Positions 23,976-33,485 of a stretch of 64,000 nucleotides of DNA are shown in pieces (position 1 is the first letter of the stretch; each line of letters starts with the position of its first letter). The DNA comes from a virus, in IMG/VR virus record IMGVR_UViG_3300037424_002358, positions 47,963 through 111,962 of that record; one strand, given 5' to 3'. Below the pieces are notes generated by a model, which was not told where the DNA came from, made no database searches, and saw only the letters and a program-made list of their open reading frames with translations. The translations under genes were made by a program, and so were the position numbers.

Positions 23976-26585
23976 CTAGGCGCCGACCCACGGCGCGTAT
24001 CCCCCGCCCGCCACAAGTGCGTCCAGTTCGCCAGGATTGAACGCTAGGCCGCAGTGACACACTGTCGGGTGGGCCGGCGGGAATGGGGTTGGCTCGAACA
24101 CGGTCTCATATAAGGTGTCGATCGGCACGAAGCCGAGCGCCTCGTTGGACTCGCACAGGGCACAGGGATGCGGGTTGCCCGCCTCCGTGATGCCGCGGGC
24201 ACCCAGGTGGACCCACGCCTTCTCCTGGAAGCCGCTACGGACCATCTGCTCGTGGCGGCCAGCGTTCTCCGCCCACGCGATCTCGTAGTTGACGATGGAG
24301 TTCGTCCGCGCCTCGCTCATCTCCTCGAGGCCCGACAGGATCGACTCCATCGTGCGCGCGGTGAAGCCTTCCATGCCGAGGATTTCTTCGGCGGTCGCCC
24401 CGTCGCGCAACGCCTGCGCGATCTCTGGGCTGGAGATCCCCTGGCGCACGCCGGCGGTGATAATCCGCTTGATGAAGGTCACCGTGCCGGAGTCAATGTT
24501 CGTCACCAGATCGCCAGCCCGCCCCTCCAGGAATTCGAGCACCCTCGGGTCCATCAAGGTGAAAGACAAACCGGGCAGCGTCGGTGCCGACGCCAGCCCC
24601 CGCTGGTAGAGTGAGCGGAGGACCGTCAGAGCCATGTCCTCAATCCCCAATTCGTAGGCTCGCGAGTAGGCTTCCAGGATCGCCTGCCGGTCCCACACGT
24701 TGGCCAGTTGCCACCAGGACTCGCCAGCCAGGATCGCTTCGAGGGCGTCCTGTATCTCGTCGTCGGCCTGGCGCGTGACAAGGGCGTCGAGTTCCGATTC
24801 CTGGCCGAAGGTGATGGCGTTCATGTTCGGAAGCCATACGCCTTGAATCATGTCATCGTCGAGGGACTTCACGACGGCCTCGACCTGGGGGACCATCCGC
24901 CGGGTGGCGACCTCGACGAGTTTCCGCACGCGCGCCTGGTTGTTCTCCTGCGCCTGGTCCGGCAGGTTCTTCATGCCGGGCAGGATGATCGCCGCCAACT
25001 CCTTCTCAATGCTCTTGGCATCCCGCGTCGCCGGGTTCTCGCCATAGGGCGTGACGCGCGGCACCAGCGACACCTGGACCTCCGCCCCCGCTTCCTCGGC
25101 GGCTTTGACAATCTCGCCAAGCGTCGCATCGCGGCGGCGGAAGAGGGATCGGACACGCCCCACGAGTCCAACGGGCCGTGACTGGTCACCACGACCACCC
25201 TGCGACGGAGGGACGTTGTCGGGCGGCTTCGGCCCGGTCGGCTCAGCGCCCCCCTCCGGCGGAGGCTCCTTGCCGTACTTCGGACCGAGGAGGCTCAGGA
25301 GGAACTGTTCGACGGGCCGACCCCCCGCCCCCGCCGGAGCGGCGATCATCGCGTTGGGGTCGATCTTCGTTTCGAGGATTCCGAGGTTGACAACCTCCTG
25401 CCGGCCCTCGGCCGGGGCGAGCATCTGCCCGTTGATGAGCGCCGCCAAGCCCTGAGCGACGGCGAGCATCGAGCGGCCGCGGGCCACCATCGCCTCGTCG
25501 TCGCGCTCGACCCAGATGAACTTGATGACGGGTAGCGGCACGCGCGGCAGGATGGAGTTGAAGTAGTTGCGCAGGCCCTCCCGCAGGTTGGCGTGGCCGG
25601 ACCGGCGCGTCTGACGCTCCGCCCGGATCACCCCGGCCAGCGTCCCGCCGCCCCGAGCCTCCTCCAGGCCGATGTCCGAGATGCGCATGCCATAGCCGCC
25701 AGCGAGCACCTGCGCATAGTGCAGCGTCGCCTTGTCGTAGAGTATTTCGGCGGGTGGCAAGCCGAACGGAATCCACTGGACGGCCTTGTCGTGCTGGTAA
25801 AGGACGGGCACCTTCATGGGGTCGATGCCACCGAACATCTCTCGCATGCTCGCGAGCCACTCAATGGCGTCGTCCTTCTCCATGTCCATGAGGTCGAGGA
25901 TGCCCGCCTCGGGTGTGTCCAGTAGCAACTTCCAGTAGTACATGTCGCCGCGGTAGAGCATCTCGACGGCGAGGTAAACCTTCTCCGGCGGGGCCATGCC
26001 CCAACCCTTGCGCCGCAGTTCGGGACGGGGCGAGTAGATCATGCGCCGGATGGCGTGTCGCGGGAACGCCACCGCCTTCGCCGGCACGTCGGGCACCATC
26101 TGCGCTACCGGGTACTGGTCGTCAAGCGTCGGCCATAGCGACGCAGCGTCGATGTGTTCGACGGCCAGGACCGGGCCGTCCGCGTCATCGTCCTCAGTGA
26201 TTACCTCGGCTGCGCCGCCGAAGGGCACGTCGAGATAGTCCTGCGACACGAGGTCAACGTGGAGGTCGAAGCCGCCGTCAAGATGCTCGAACAGATCGCG
26301 GTAGTAGGTGATGGCGCGCGAGATCAGCGGGTTGGTCGCGTCCTCGGGCCGCACGGGCACGATATCCCACTCGAGGGCCTTGATGCCGTTGATGAGCGTG
26401 TCGCGGCATACGGTGGCGAGAGGCTGGTTCCTGACGAACTGCCGCCACTGCGCGGCTTGCAGCCATCCTGGGGCACCGTACTGTGGAATGAGGCGCTGGA
26501 GGTAGAGGGGTAGTTCGATAGCCCGGCCCGGCGGCGGGATGTCGGGCGGCGCGAGCGGCACCGCAAGGGCGTTACGCTTCGGCAT
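23976..26585 (-). CDS. Portal protein fused to MuF (SPP1 gp7-like head morphogenesis) domain
   Basis: Directly follows TerL; portal-like N-terminal ~400 aa (G.G.AP.E); C-terminal AR...I..YE..WA...KAW...CALC...PPAHP.CHC. Confidence 0.85.
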   Translation of the reverse strand: MPKRNALAVPLAPPDIPPPGRAIELPLYLQRLIPQYGAPGWLQAAQWRQFVRNQPLATVCRDTLINGIKALEWDIVPVRPEDATNPLISRAITYYRDLFEHLDGGFDLHVDLVSQDYLDVPFGGAAEVITEDDDADGPVLAVEHIDAASLWPTLDDQYPVAQMVPDVPAKAVAFPRHAIRRMIYSPRPELRRKGWGMAPPEKVYLAVEMLYRGDMYYWKLLLDTPEAGILDLMDMEKDDAIEWLASMREMFGGIDPMKVPVLYQHDKAVQWIPFGLPPAEILYDKATLHYAQVLAGGYGMRISDIGLEEARGGGTLAGVIRAERQTRRSGHANLREGLRNYFNSILPRVPLPVIKFIWVERDDEAMVARGRSMLAVAQGLAALINGQMLAPAEGRQEVVNLGILETKIDPNAMIAAPAGAGGRPVEQFLLSLLGPKYGKEPPPEGGAEPTGPKPPDNVPPSQGGRGDQSRPVGLVGRVRSLFRRRDATLGEIVKAAEEAGAEVQVSLVPRVTPYGENPATRDAKSIEKELAAIILPGMKNLPDQAQENNQARVRKLVEVATRRMVPQVEAVVKSLDDDMIQGVWLPNMNAITFGQESELDALVTRQADDEIQDALEAILAGESWWQLANVWDRQAILEAYSRAYELGIEDMALTVLRSLYQRGLASAPTLPGLSFTLMDPRVLEFLEGRAGDLVTNIDSGTVTFIKRIITAGVRQGISSPEIAQALRDGATAEEILGMEGFTARTMESILSGLEEMSEARTNSIVNYEIAWAENAGRHEQMVRSGFQEKAWVHLGARGITEAGNPHPCALCESNEALGFVPIDTLYETVFEPTPFPPAHPTVCHCGLAFNPGELDALVAGGGYAPWVGA

Positions 26586-26682
26586 GTGCGCCTCGGGGGC
26601 GTGGGAGTAGGTTCAAGGGGTCTGGCAACCTCGCTCTATTCTAGGCTATGTGCCGCCCAACCGCCAGCCCTTTCGCGTCGGG

Positions 26683-28290
26683 CTAGACCTTGGCGAACTT
26701 TCCCTTGCGCCACCGCCGCTTGAGGGCCGTCAGGCTGTGGTGGGCGCCGGCGGACGAGTCCACCTGGTCGTCGTGCTCGGCGTTTGGGAATCCTCCGTGC
26801 TCGGCCATGTACGCCTTGTTCCACGGACCCCGAAGGAGGTAGACGTTGCCCGCATTTACCTGCTTGGCCCAGGGGTCGGCGAAGACAAGTTTGTCGCCGG
26901 AGTGCGGCATGTCCTCGAAGTCGAAGCCGTCCAGTGATCGGGCGTAGTCGGCTGTGAGCAGTTTGCCCGAGGCCCCTGGCTCCCGCTCCATACGAATCTT
27001 GACGGGGTGCCCATCGAGGTCGGCCGTCTGCTGGATGATGTCGTCGACCTGCTCGGGGTCCAACTGTTCGAGGACCTGGTCGAGGACCCAATAATGGCCC
27101 TCCTTGTCCTGCGACAGGAGCGTGCCCGACAGCCGGTCGGGATCGCGCTTGCCCTTGGCCTTGGCTGTCGCGGCGAGGTCCCAGAAGCGCACGCCGGATT
27201 TGATGTCGACCGCATGTCCGTTGACGACCCGGCATACATCGACGGGTACCTCATCCGCGTCCTTGATCTCGAACCGCCCAACCTTGAAGAGGAAGCCTTC
27301 TGGCCGCGTCGGCCTCTGCTGCCACTCCGCCGCCCACACCATCGGCCCCACGATCTCGCGCGTCTCCTCCAGATACTTCTTGGAGTAGCGCGACGGTGCC
27401 AGAGGCTCGCCAGGCTCCCGCCCGAGGATGTCGGGGGCGATGCCGTTCTCCTCGTCCTCTTTCTCGGCCAAGGCTGGGTACCGTAGCACCTTCCAGCGGC
27501 CACCCTCCTCGACTGTGCCCTCCTCCGCGAGGACCTGGCCGGCAAGGTCGTCCTCGTTCCACCGGGTCGTGATGAAAAAGATCGGCGCGCCCTCCCACAG
27601 CCGCGGGATGAACGTGCCCTGCCACCACTCCTTCGCCCGCTGGCGCTTCGTCTCCGACTGTGCGTCCTCCCAGGAGCGGTGCGGGTCGTCCACGACGGCC
27701 GCGCCGAACCCGAGTCCGGTGACCGTGCCGCCGACGCCGGTGGCGTAGACGTAACCTTGAGCGCCCTCAAAGCCCCAATGGTTGGCCCGCCACTTTGCCA
27801 GTTCGGGCGAGCGCGTGCCGAACAGGCGCGCGTAGATGGGGGACATGCTGATCGCGCGGGCGTTGCGGGAGTTCTCAACGGCGCGCTCAGCACCATAGGA
27901 GGTGAGGAGGATCGGAAGGTCGGGATGCAGCCCGAGCCAGAACGGCGGGAGCATCTGCGACACCAGCAGGGACTTCCCGTGCTGCGGGGGCGCTTCGATC
28001 ATGACGTAGCCGTGGCCCTCGGTCACGACCTTCGTCAGTTCGCCCGCTAGGTGTTCGTGGAAGAGGTCGGCCTTGTAGGTCGGCATCATCTCCCGGGTGA
28101 ATGCCAGGAGATCGGTGCGGGCCTTGGTCAGCCGCTTGACCTCGGATGCGTTCTCGGCCCCGAAGAGTCGGGAGAATGTCTGCGCCGTCAGCCTGTGGAG
28201 TTGTTCGCGGGAGACGAGTCGACCGCGGAGTTCCTCCGGGTCGAGTCCGAGGGTTTCAGCGATCCGGGGGACGCGGCCGCTCCGATTCAT
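26683..28290 (-). CDS. terL: Terminase large subunit
   Basis: PPQHGKS Walker A, VVDDP Walker B, TRW, RFWDLA nuclease motif, FPNAEHDDQVD. Confidence 0.95.
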   Translation of the reverse strand: MNRSGRVPRIAETLGLDPEELRGRLVSREQLHRLTAQTFSRLFGAENASEVKRLTKARTDLLAFTREMMPTYKADLFHEHLAGELTKVVTEGHGYVMIEAPPQHGKSLLVSQMLPPFWLGLHPDLPILLTSYGAERAVENSRNARAISMSPIYARLFGTRSPELAKWRANHWGFEGAQGYVYATGVGGTVTGLGFGAAVVDDPHRSWEDAQSETKRQRAKEWWQGTFIPRLWEGAPIFFITTRWNEDDLAGQVLAEEGTVEEGGRWKVLRYPALAEKEDEENGIAPDILGREPGEPLAPSRYSKKYLEETREIVGPMVWAAEWQQRPTRPEGFLFKVGRFEIKDADEVPVDVCRVVNGHAVDIKSGVRFWDLAATAKAKGKRDPDRLSGTLLSQDKEGHYWVLDQVLEQLDPEQVDDIIQQTADLDGHPVKIRMEREPGASGKLLTADYARSLDGFDFEDMPHSGDKLVFADPWAKQVNAGNVYLLRGPWNKAYMAEHGGFPNAEHDDQVDSSAGAHHSLTALKRRWRKGKFAKV

Positions 28291-28514
28291 GCACGGTCGC
28301 CCGCTTCCGCTTGGATGGCGACCTGTTCAATGGCGCAGGTATCGGCGTGCCGCGGAAATTTGGAGCGGCAGTAGCGGCAACGCCAAATGGCCTTAGCGTG
28401 GGAAGTCAGGTGGGGTTCCCAGGTCCAGGCGCGCAGGCGTTCCAGGGGCGTGCCCGACTGTTCGGCCCGCAGGCTCTCCCTCAGGATGGCCGACTCGCGG
28501 TAGAGGTCAGCCAC
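28287..28514 (-). CDS. Small Zn-finger-like hypothetical protein
   Basis: CRYC...HADTC; coupled ORF. Confidence 0.55.
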   Translation of the reverse strand: MADLYRESAILRESLRAEQSGTPLERLRAWTWEPHLTSHAKAIWRCRYCRSKFPRHADTCAIEQVAIQAEAGDRA

Positions 28515-29658
28515 GGTCGCCGGCTACTTCCGTCCGGCTGGGGTGACCCAAAACGGCTAACTCGGACTGCAGGCGCGCCATGCTCCAACCCCCGGCCATG
28601 GCCATCTCCGCGATTGCGGGGCCAGCCCCATCGACGCTGAACTTGGCGATGCAGGTCGCCACGGCCTCGACGCCGGGATTGGCAATCTCCCACCTTCGGT
28701 CGATGCGCCCTGGCCGGAGGAGGGCGGGGAGGAGGCCGCTCACGTCGTTCGCGGTCGCGATGAGGATGCGCGCCTCGGAGGCGAGCGCGCTATCAATGGC
28801 GTTCAGGAGGCCCGATTGCGTGATCTGCGTGCGCGAGAGGTCGACCTTCTCAATGTCCTCGACGACGACGATGCTCTGCTCGGGGACGTTGCCGAGCGCG
28901 CTCACGAGGTGGGGTTCGGTGAACTCCTTGTCCGTCAGCGTCAGCGAGTAGATGGACACACCGCAGTGCGCAGCCAGGGCTTGAATGAGCGTCGATTTGC
29001 CGTTTCCCGGCGGTCCAGATAGCAGGTAGCCGCGGCGGTAGGGAAGGCCCCGCTGGCGGTACCAGTCCTTGGCACCGAAGAACCAGTCCGCGTCGTCGAA
29101 CACCTGCTGCAGGAGTCCGGGCTTGAGGAAGACGGTGCTGGCTTCCCGCTTCTCTGTGAGCCTGACCAGTTCCCAATAGGCTCGCGAGTTCACGAACACC
29201 GCCGTCTTCCCGATCCGCTCACGGTTGGCGCGGTCGACAACCTCCTGGATCAGGCCACCTATCAGGCCGCGCTCGGGCCGGAGGATGCGCAGGGTAAGCA
29301 CGCTGATCTTGCCTGCGATCCCTGCATCCTCCAGGTCGTGGTTGAGGTAGAAGCGCCGACCCTTGAAGGTGAAGGTGTGCAGGCCGGGTCCGGGCCGCAT
29401 CACGGCCTCCAGGCCATCCTTGCGGTCATTGGTCGCCACCTCGAGCCAGCGCTGCTTCCTGCCCCACTCGCCCTCAGCCAGCCAGATGCCCATCCAGCGG
29501 ACCATCGTCTGGTCGCGCACCGTCGTCACGACGCCGAACCAGCGCCAGATTAGGTCCCAGGCGAGTTGCGGCAGATAGCGCAGGGCGACGCCGCCAGCCG
29601 CGACCAGCATGAGCGACAGGCCACCCTGGAAGAATTGGTTGTCCCCGAGCCACTCCAT
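28507..29658 (-). CDS. BCS1-like AAA+ ATPase
   Basis: N-terminal TM plus PGPGLH (BCS1_N-like); WY..RG.PYRRGYLL.GPPG.GKS; VVVED; SGLLNAID; ALLRPGRID. Confidence 0.88.
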   Translation of the reverse strand: MEWLGDNQFFQGGLSLMLVAAGGVALRYLPQLAWDLIWRWFGVVTTVRDQTMVRWMGIWLAEGEWGRKQRWLEVATNDRKDGLEAVMRPGPGLHTFTFKGRRFYLNHDLEDAGIAGKISVLTLRILRPERGLIGGLIQEVVDRANRERIGKTAVFVNSRAYWELVRLTEKREASTVFLKPGLLQQVFDDADWFFGAKDWYRQRGLPYRRGYLLSGPPGNGKSTLIQALAAHCGVSIYSLTLTDKEFTEPHLVSALGNVPEQSIVVVEDIEKVDLSRTQITQSGLLNAIDSALASEARILIATANDVSGLLPALLRPGRIDRRWEIANPGVEAVATCIAKFSVDGAGPAIAEMAMAGGWSMARLQSELAVLGHPSRTEVAGDRG

Positions 29659-30536
29659 CAGGCCGCCTTCGAGTCCGCCGGGGGTGCAATGGAAATGGGC
29701 ATCTGCGAACTATACTCGCGGCTGAAGGCGATCCGGTCCTCGGGGTTGCGGATGTACTTCATCGTGAGCCTCTGGATGCGAGCCAGGATTTCGAGGACGA
29801 AGATGACGGGCACCATACCCTCATTCGACACGATCCACTTGCGCTCAGTCTCGTTCAGCCGACGCAGGAGTTCCATGTTGTCGGAGATCACGTCCCACAG
29901 CCGCATTTCAATGTTGACGGGTTCGAGCACTTTCTTCAGTCGGACCGCGAACAGTTGCAGATTGTCGATGGGAACGCTCGCGTCCTTGCCCATGAGCGAC
30001 TTCATTTGGTAGACCGTGTTCTCCATGCCCTGAAGGACCTCGGTAATCTCCTTGTGCGCGCCCGAGTTGTCGTAGCGGTCGACCATGCCGAACAGTTCAT
30101 CGAGCCGGGCTGATATGATTCCGATCTCCTGGGTGAGGCTCAGCAGTTCCGGGTCGCCGATGATCCGGTCGTAGGCCGCCGCGATCTGGTGGGCGACGTG
30201 GTACTTGCGCTCGTTGCGCTCCTTGGCCTGCTTGGCTGACCCTCCGCCGTGGTAGCGGCAGACCATGGTGCCGTAGGCCGCCTTGTTTCGACAGCGGCGT
30301 TCCGTGGCACACTCGGGACACTGCCAGGTCTTGTCGCCGCGCTCGTAGCGATACCCGCAATTCGGGCAGGACTTCCGCCGCGCGATGCAGCGCTGCTCGG
30401 ATGGGACGGGCTTTGTGTCGAAGAGTTCCTTCGCTTTGACCTTCCCCCGGCGGAGCCTGCCGTCGCCGTAGCGCTTCCGCATCGGCTGACGGCCCTTGGC
30501 TGGTTTGGCTGGCTTGGTCGGCTTCCGGGTCATCAA
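29658..30536 (-). CDS. Probable terminase small subunit (HGGxSTG-type Zn finger)
   Basis: C.A....C...CR..A...VCRYHGG; upstream of TerL. Confidence 0.6.
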   Translation of the reverse strand: MMTRKPTKPAKPAKGRQPMRKRYGDGRLRRGKVKAKELFDTKPVPSEQRCIARRKSCPNCGYRYERGDKTWQCPECATERRCRNKAAYGTMVCRYHGGGSAKQAKERNERKYHVAHQIAAAYDRIIGDPELLSLTQEIGIISARLDELFGMVDRYDNSGAHKEITEVLQGMENTVYQMKSLMGKDASVPIDNLQLFAVRLKKVLEPVNIEMRLWDVISDNMELLRRLNETERKWIVSNEGMVPVIFVLEILARIQRLTMKYIRNPEDRIAFSREYSSQMPISIAPPADSKAA

Positions 30537-30847
30537 ATCCTCTTTCCGCCATGCTTGAATGGCCGACCCTCGTTCTCCTTCATCTTCTCCTCGACCAACA
30601 TCTGGAGGTTGAGGCTGAGTCCGGCCGCGACCTCGACGGTGCGGATGACGATGTCCGCGAGTTCCTTCCCGAAGCCTTCTAGGTCACGCTCACGGAACAC
30701 CTCCAACGCCTCCGAGGCCTCGGAATGGATAAGCGCGATCTGCGCCGGGATCTCCAGCGTGTGGAGGAAGGCCACCTTGTCCGGCATGGCGAAGCCGTGG
30801 GCCGTGCTGTTTTCGAGCGCGCGTTTTCCGAGTTCGTTTAGGTCCAC
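30533..30847 (-). CDS. MazG-like NTP pyrophosphohydrolase
   Basis: IALIHSEASEALE...ELADIVIR; GTG start with GGAGG. Confidence 0.8.
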   Translation of the reverse strand: MDLNELGKRALENSTAHGFAMPDKVAFLHTLEIPAQIALIHSEASEALEVFRERDLEGFGKELADIVIRTVEVAAGLSLNLQMLVEEKMKENEGRPFKHGGKRI

Positions 30848-30855
30848 GGAGCCTC

Positions 30856-32412
30856 CTAGAACATCCCCAGGAACGCCGCCAGCCTCGTGCGGGCGATCTC
30901 GGCGTACCTCTCGTGCAACTCGACGCCCACAACCTCCTCCCACTCCGCCTGTTTCGCTGCGATCATCTCGGAGCCCACGCCAGCGAATGGAATGAGAATG
31001 CGGCGGGGCGCATACGCGGCAGGCGGAAGCAGAAGTCGGGCGAGCCAGCGGACGAGGTCGACGGGTTTGACCGTCGGGTGCGGGTTGCGCCGGCAGTTCA
31101 CCTCGACCTCCTTGCCGTCCATCGTAACGATATGCGTCTCACTCCAGAGGGGGTCGACGGCGTGGTGCACGCCCGGCTTGTCCTCCGAGAGGCACGGGAA
31201 GACTCCGATAAGCCCGCGCTCACGTTCCTCCTGGTCGGCTTTCTCCTCATATCGGACAACATCGGCATCGGTGATCGCCGCCTCGACCGCCGTGAAGAAG
31301 AAGCGGGACACGTGCCCCGAGTCCCCGTATATCGCGTCCTGCTGGCCCTGCGCCCAGCCCTTGTTGTAGCCGCCGTCCTGCTGGCGCATGACCGGCCCCT
31401 GACCGCTGGCGCGCACGCCAGCCTGGTCGTCGAGCCGGCGGACAGGGCAGTCGGGCACGCAGGCCCAATGCTCCTCGCCCACCTTGACGCACTCCGCCGC
31501 GTGCGCCAGCGCGAAGTTCGCAGGCCAGCGGCCCAAACGGTTCGTCCGTTTCGCGGACTCCGCCTGCGCATCCCGGAATACGTCGGATGTTCGTCGGCTT
31601 ATCCCCAGGTCGCTTCCGACGATGCCCCCGCGCTTGGCGGGATCACTCTGCGGTGCGTGGACCGTTTCCCTGCCGGTGGAGATGCGTCCGCCGTCTATGT
31701 TGAGCGCGCCCGCGCCGGTACGCGTGATGTCATCCACCGGGCGGCCCTCGTAGGGCTTCTGGAACACAATGAGGGGTTCGAGGGCAGGCTTGAGCGCCTG
31801 CAGGCCGTAGCGATGATGCTCCCAGGTCTTAGCGAGATCGGTGGCGGGTGCCGTGACCGGCTCCGTCCGCTTGACTCCCGTCTGACCCTCATAGGCGTTC
31901 TTAGAGAAACTGCCCGCTCCGGTTCCGGCATTATGCCCGTGATACTCGACCTCCCCGACTACGGGTCTCACCGCACCCGCCTCCCGGTCAATCTGCGTGT
32001 CGATCCGGGTGGCCTTCGGGAAGCCTGAACCGTAGAGCCAGCCGAAGATGGAGGGATGGAGGATGTACCCGGCGTCCTCAATCGCCGCCGCCAGCCGGTG
32101 CCAACCTCGGGAGCCGGCGAACGCCATCCCGAACGCGCCGGGGTGCAGAACCGGCAGGAACGCGGCCCACGTCTCCGGGCGGAAGGCAATGTCCCCGCCG
32201 TCCCAGGTCTGGCCCATGAAGCCCGCGGCGTGGCGCTGGTAGGCACCGACACCGCCGACCGTCGCCTCCGTCCTCGCCGCCTTGGCGAAGCGCTTGACAA
32301 TCGCCACGAGATGGTACGGCGGATCGCAGAGGAGAGCGTGGAACGGATCGCCCCGGTAGTCGGCGAGCCATTTCAACACGTCGGCGGTCGCGATCTCAAA
32401 CGGTGGAGTCAT
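30856..32412 (-). CDS. DNA N6-adenine/N4-cytosine methyltransferase (beta class)
   Basis: CDPPY ... HPTVKP ... PFAGVGS. Confidence 0.9.
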   Translation of the reverse strand: MTPPFEIATADVLKWLADYRGDPFHALLCDPPYHLVAIVKRFAKAARTEATVGGVGAYQRHAAGFMGQTWDGGDIAFRPETWAAFLPVLHPGAFGMAFAGSRGWHRLAAAIEDAGYILHPSIFGWLYGSGFPKATRIDTQIDREAGAVRPVVGEVEYHGHNAGTGAGSFSKNAYEGQTGVKRTEPVTAPATDLAKTWEHHRYGLQALKPALEPLIVFQKPYEGRPVDDITRTGAGALNIDGGRISTGRETVHAPQSDPAKRGGIVGSDLGISRRTSDVFRDAQAESAKRTNRLGRWPANFALAHAAECVKVGEEHWACVPDCPVRRLDDQAGVRASGQGPVMRQQDGGYNKGWAQGQQDAIYGDSGHVSRFFFTAVEAAITDADVVRYEEKADQEERERGLIGVFPCLSEDKPGVHHAVDPLWSETHIVTMDGKEVEVNCRRNPHPTVKPVDLVRWLARLLLPPAAYAPRRILIPFAGVGSEMIAAKQAEWEEVVGVELHERYAEIARTRLAAFLGMF

Positions 32413-32564
32413 CCGTCGTAGCGGAACTGACCGCAACCTGGACAGCAGCCGTAGGCGCGACCGTCGCCATACGCCAGCGGGTATATCTGCAAGCCATGGA
32501 ACACGATGCACCATCGGAAACGGAAACGCCGAACGAGAGCATGGAACGGATCGCCACGGTTCAT
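32409..32564 (-). CDS. Small Cys-rich hypothetical protein
   Basis: MNRGD...CCPGCG; coupled at both ends. Confidence 0.45.
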   Translation of the reverse strand: MNRGDPFHALVRRFRFRWCIVFHGLQIYPLAYGDGRAYGCCPGCGQFRYDG

Positions 32565-33274
32565 CCCGCAATCCTCGCAACGCGGACCGACTGTTTGGGG
32601 AAGGGCCATTCCGTGGTCCGCCTGTGGTGCTGGTGGTAGACGGCGAATCCGGCTGGCAGGGGCGGACGGCCCATCTCGACTTCCACACGGTGAATCCAAC
32701 TGTCGTTCATGTGCCGCTCCTCCGTCTCCGGGATGAAGTCCGTCTGGTCCCAGCCGATTCGAGTCTGACCTGTGAACGCGAAATGGTGGCACCAGGACCC
32801 GGCGCTTTGGTTCGTCCAGCCCCAGGGCGAGAGAAAGCCCCAGAACCCCGGCACGGTCTGGAATACGTCGACGTTTGTCCTCCAGGGGTAATCGTCCAGA
32901 CTATCGGTCAGTTCGCGCGGCAACGCCAGCGCCGTCGCCGAGAGCCTTGCCGTCCCGTCGTAGGTCGCCACCATCCTCTCTATGGCATTGAGCGGAGGCA
33001 TGTACTCGGGATGCGTCAGGATGACAAACTCGCCCTGACACTTTCGGTATCCGCGGACGTAGGCCATGTTCGAGGCGCGGGGCGGCGCTCCGCCTAGCCG
33101 CAGTTTCTCGTAGATGACCTGGCCGCCGGCTAGGTTCTCGATCTTCTCGTCGGAGCCGTCGTCGAGTAGCAGGACCTCGTAGTCGTCATAGGTCTGCCGA
33201 CGCAGGAGCCAAAGCGTGCGCTCCAGTAGCGGTCGACGGCCTTGGAAATAGGGGATCAGCACCGAGACCTTCAC
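32561..33274 (-). CDS. Glycosyltransferase family 2
   Basis: VSVLIPY...LERTL..L..QTY.DYEV..LDDGS. Confidence 0.85.
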   Translation of the reverse strand: MKVSVLIPYFQGRRPLLERTLWLLRRQTYDDYEVLLLDDGSDEKIENLAGGQVIYEKLRLGGAPPRASNMAYVRGYRKCQGEFVILTHPEYMPPLNAIERMVATYDGTARLSATALALPRELTDSLDDYPWRTNVDVFQTVPGFWGFLSPWGWTNQSAGSWCHHFAFTGQTRIGWDQTDFIPETEERHMNDSWIHRVEVEMGRPPLPAGFAVYHQHHRRTTEWPFPKQSVRVARIAG

Positions 33275-33483
33275 GCGTCCTCCACTCCCTCGGCCTTGAT
33301 GAACCGGAACGCCTTGGCGCCCTCAATGCACCCTTGGCGGTCGTTACAGAAGCGCACGTTCTCCTCGAAGGGGACGCCATTGATGGTCCGGTGGTGGGTG
33401 ATGGCAGAGATGCTCGCGTCAGGTCGCTCCTCCCTGCAGATGTGGCACGTCCAGGAGATCGTGAGATTGTCGCTATCGCTCAT
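33271..33483 (-). CDS. Small hypothetical protein (Cys-containing)
   Basis: WTCHIC...FCND..C. Confidence 0.55.
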   Translation of the reverse strand: MSDSDNLTISWTCHICREERPDASISAITHHRTINGVPFEENVRFCNDRQGCIEGAKAFRFIKAEGVEDA

Positions 33484-33485
33484 GG

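Noticed and set aside
26683-28290. Intein or intron in TerL; stop-codon recoding
   Set aside because: TerL is normal length with contiguous motifs, and genes tile tightly under the standard code.
32413-32688. N-terminal extension of the 610-aa methyltransferase ORF
   Set aside because: Overlaps two coupled upstream genes; MTase-like sequence begins at MTPPFEI (32412).
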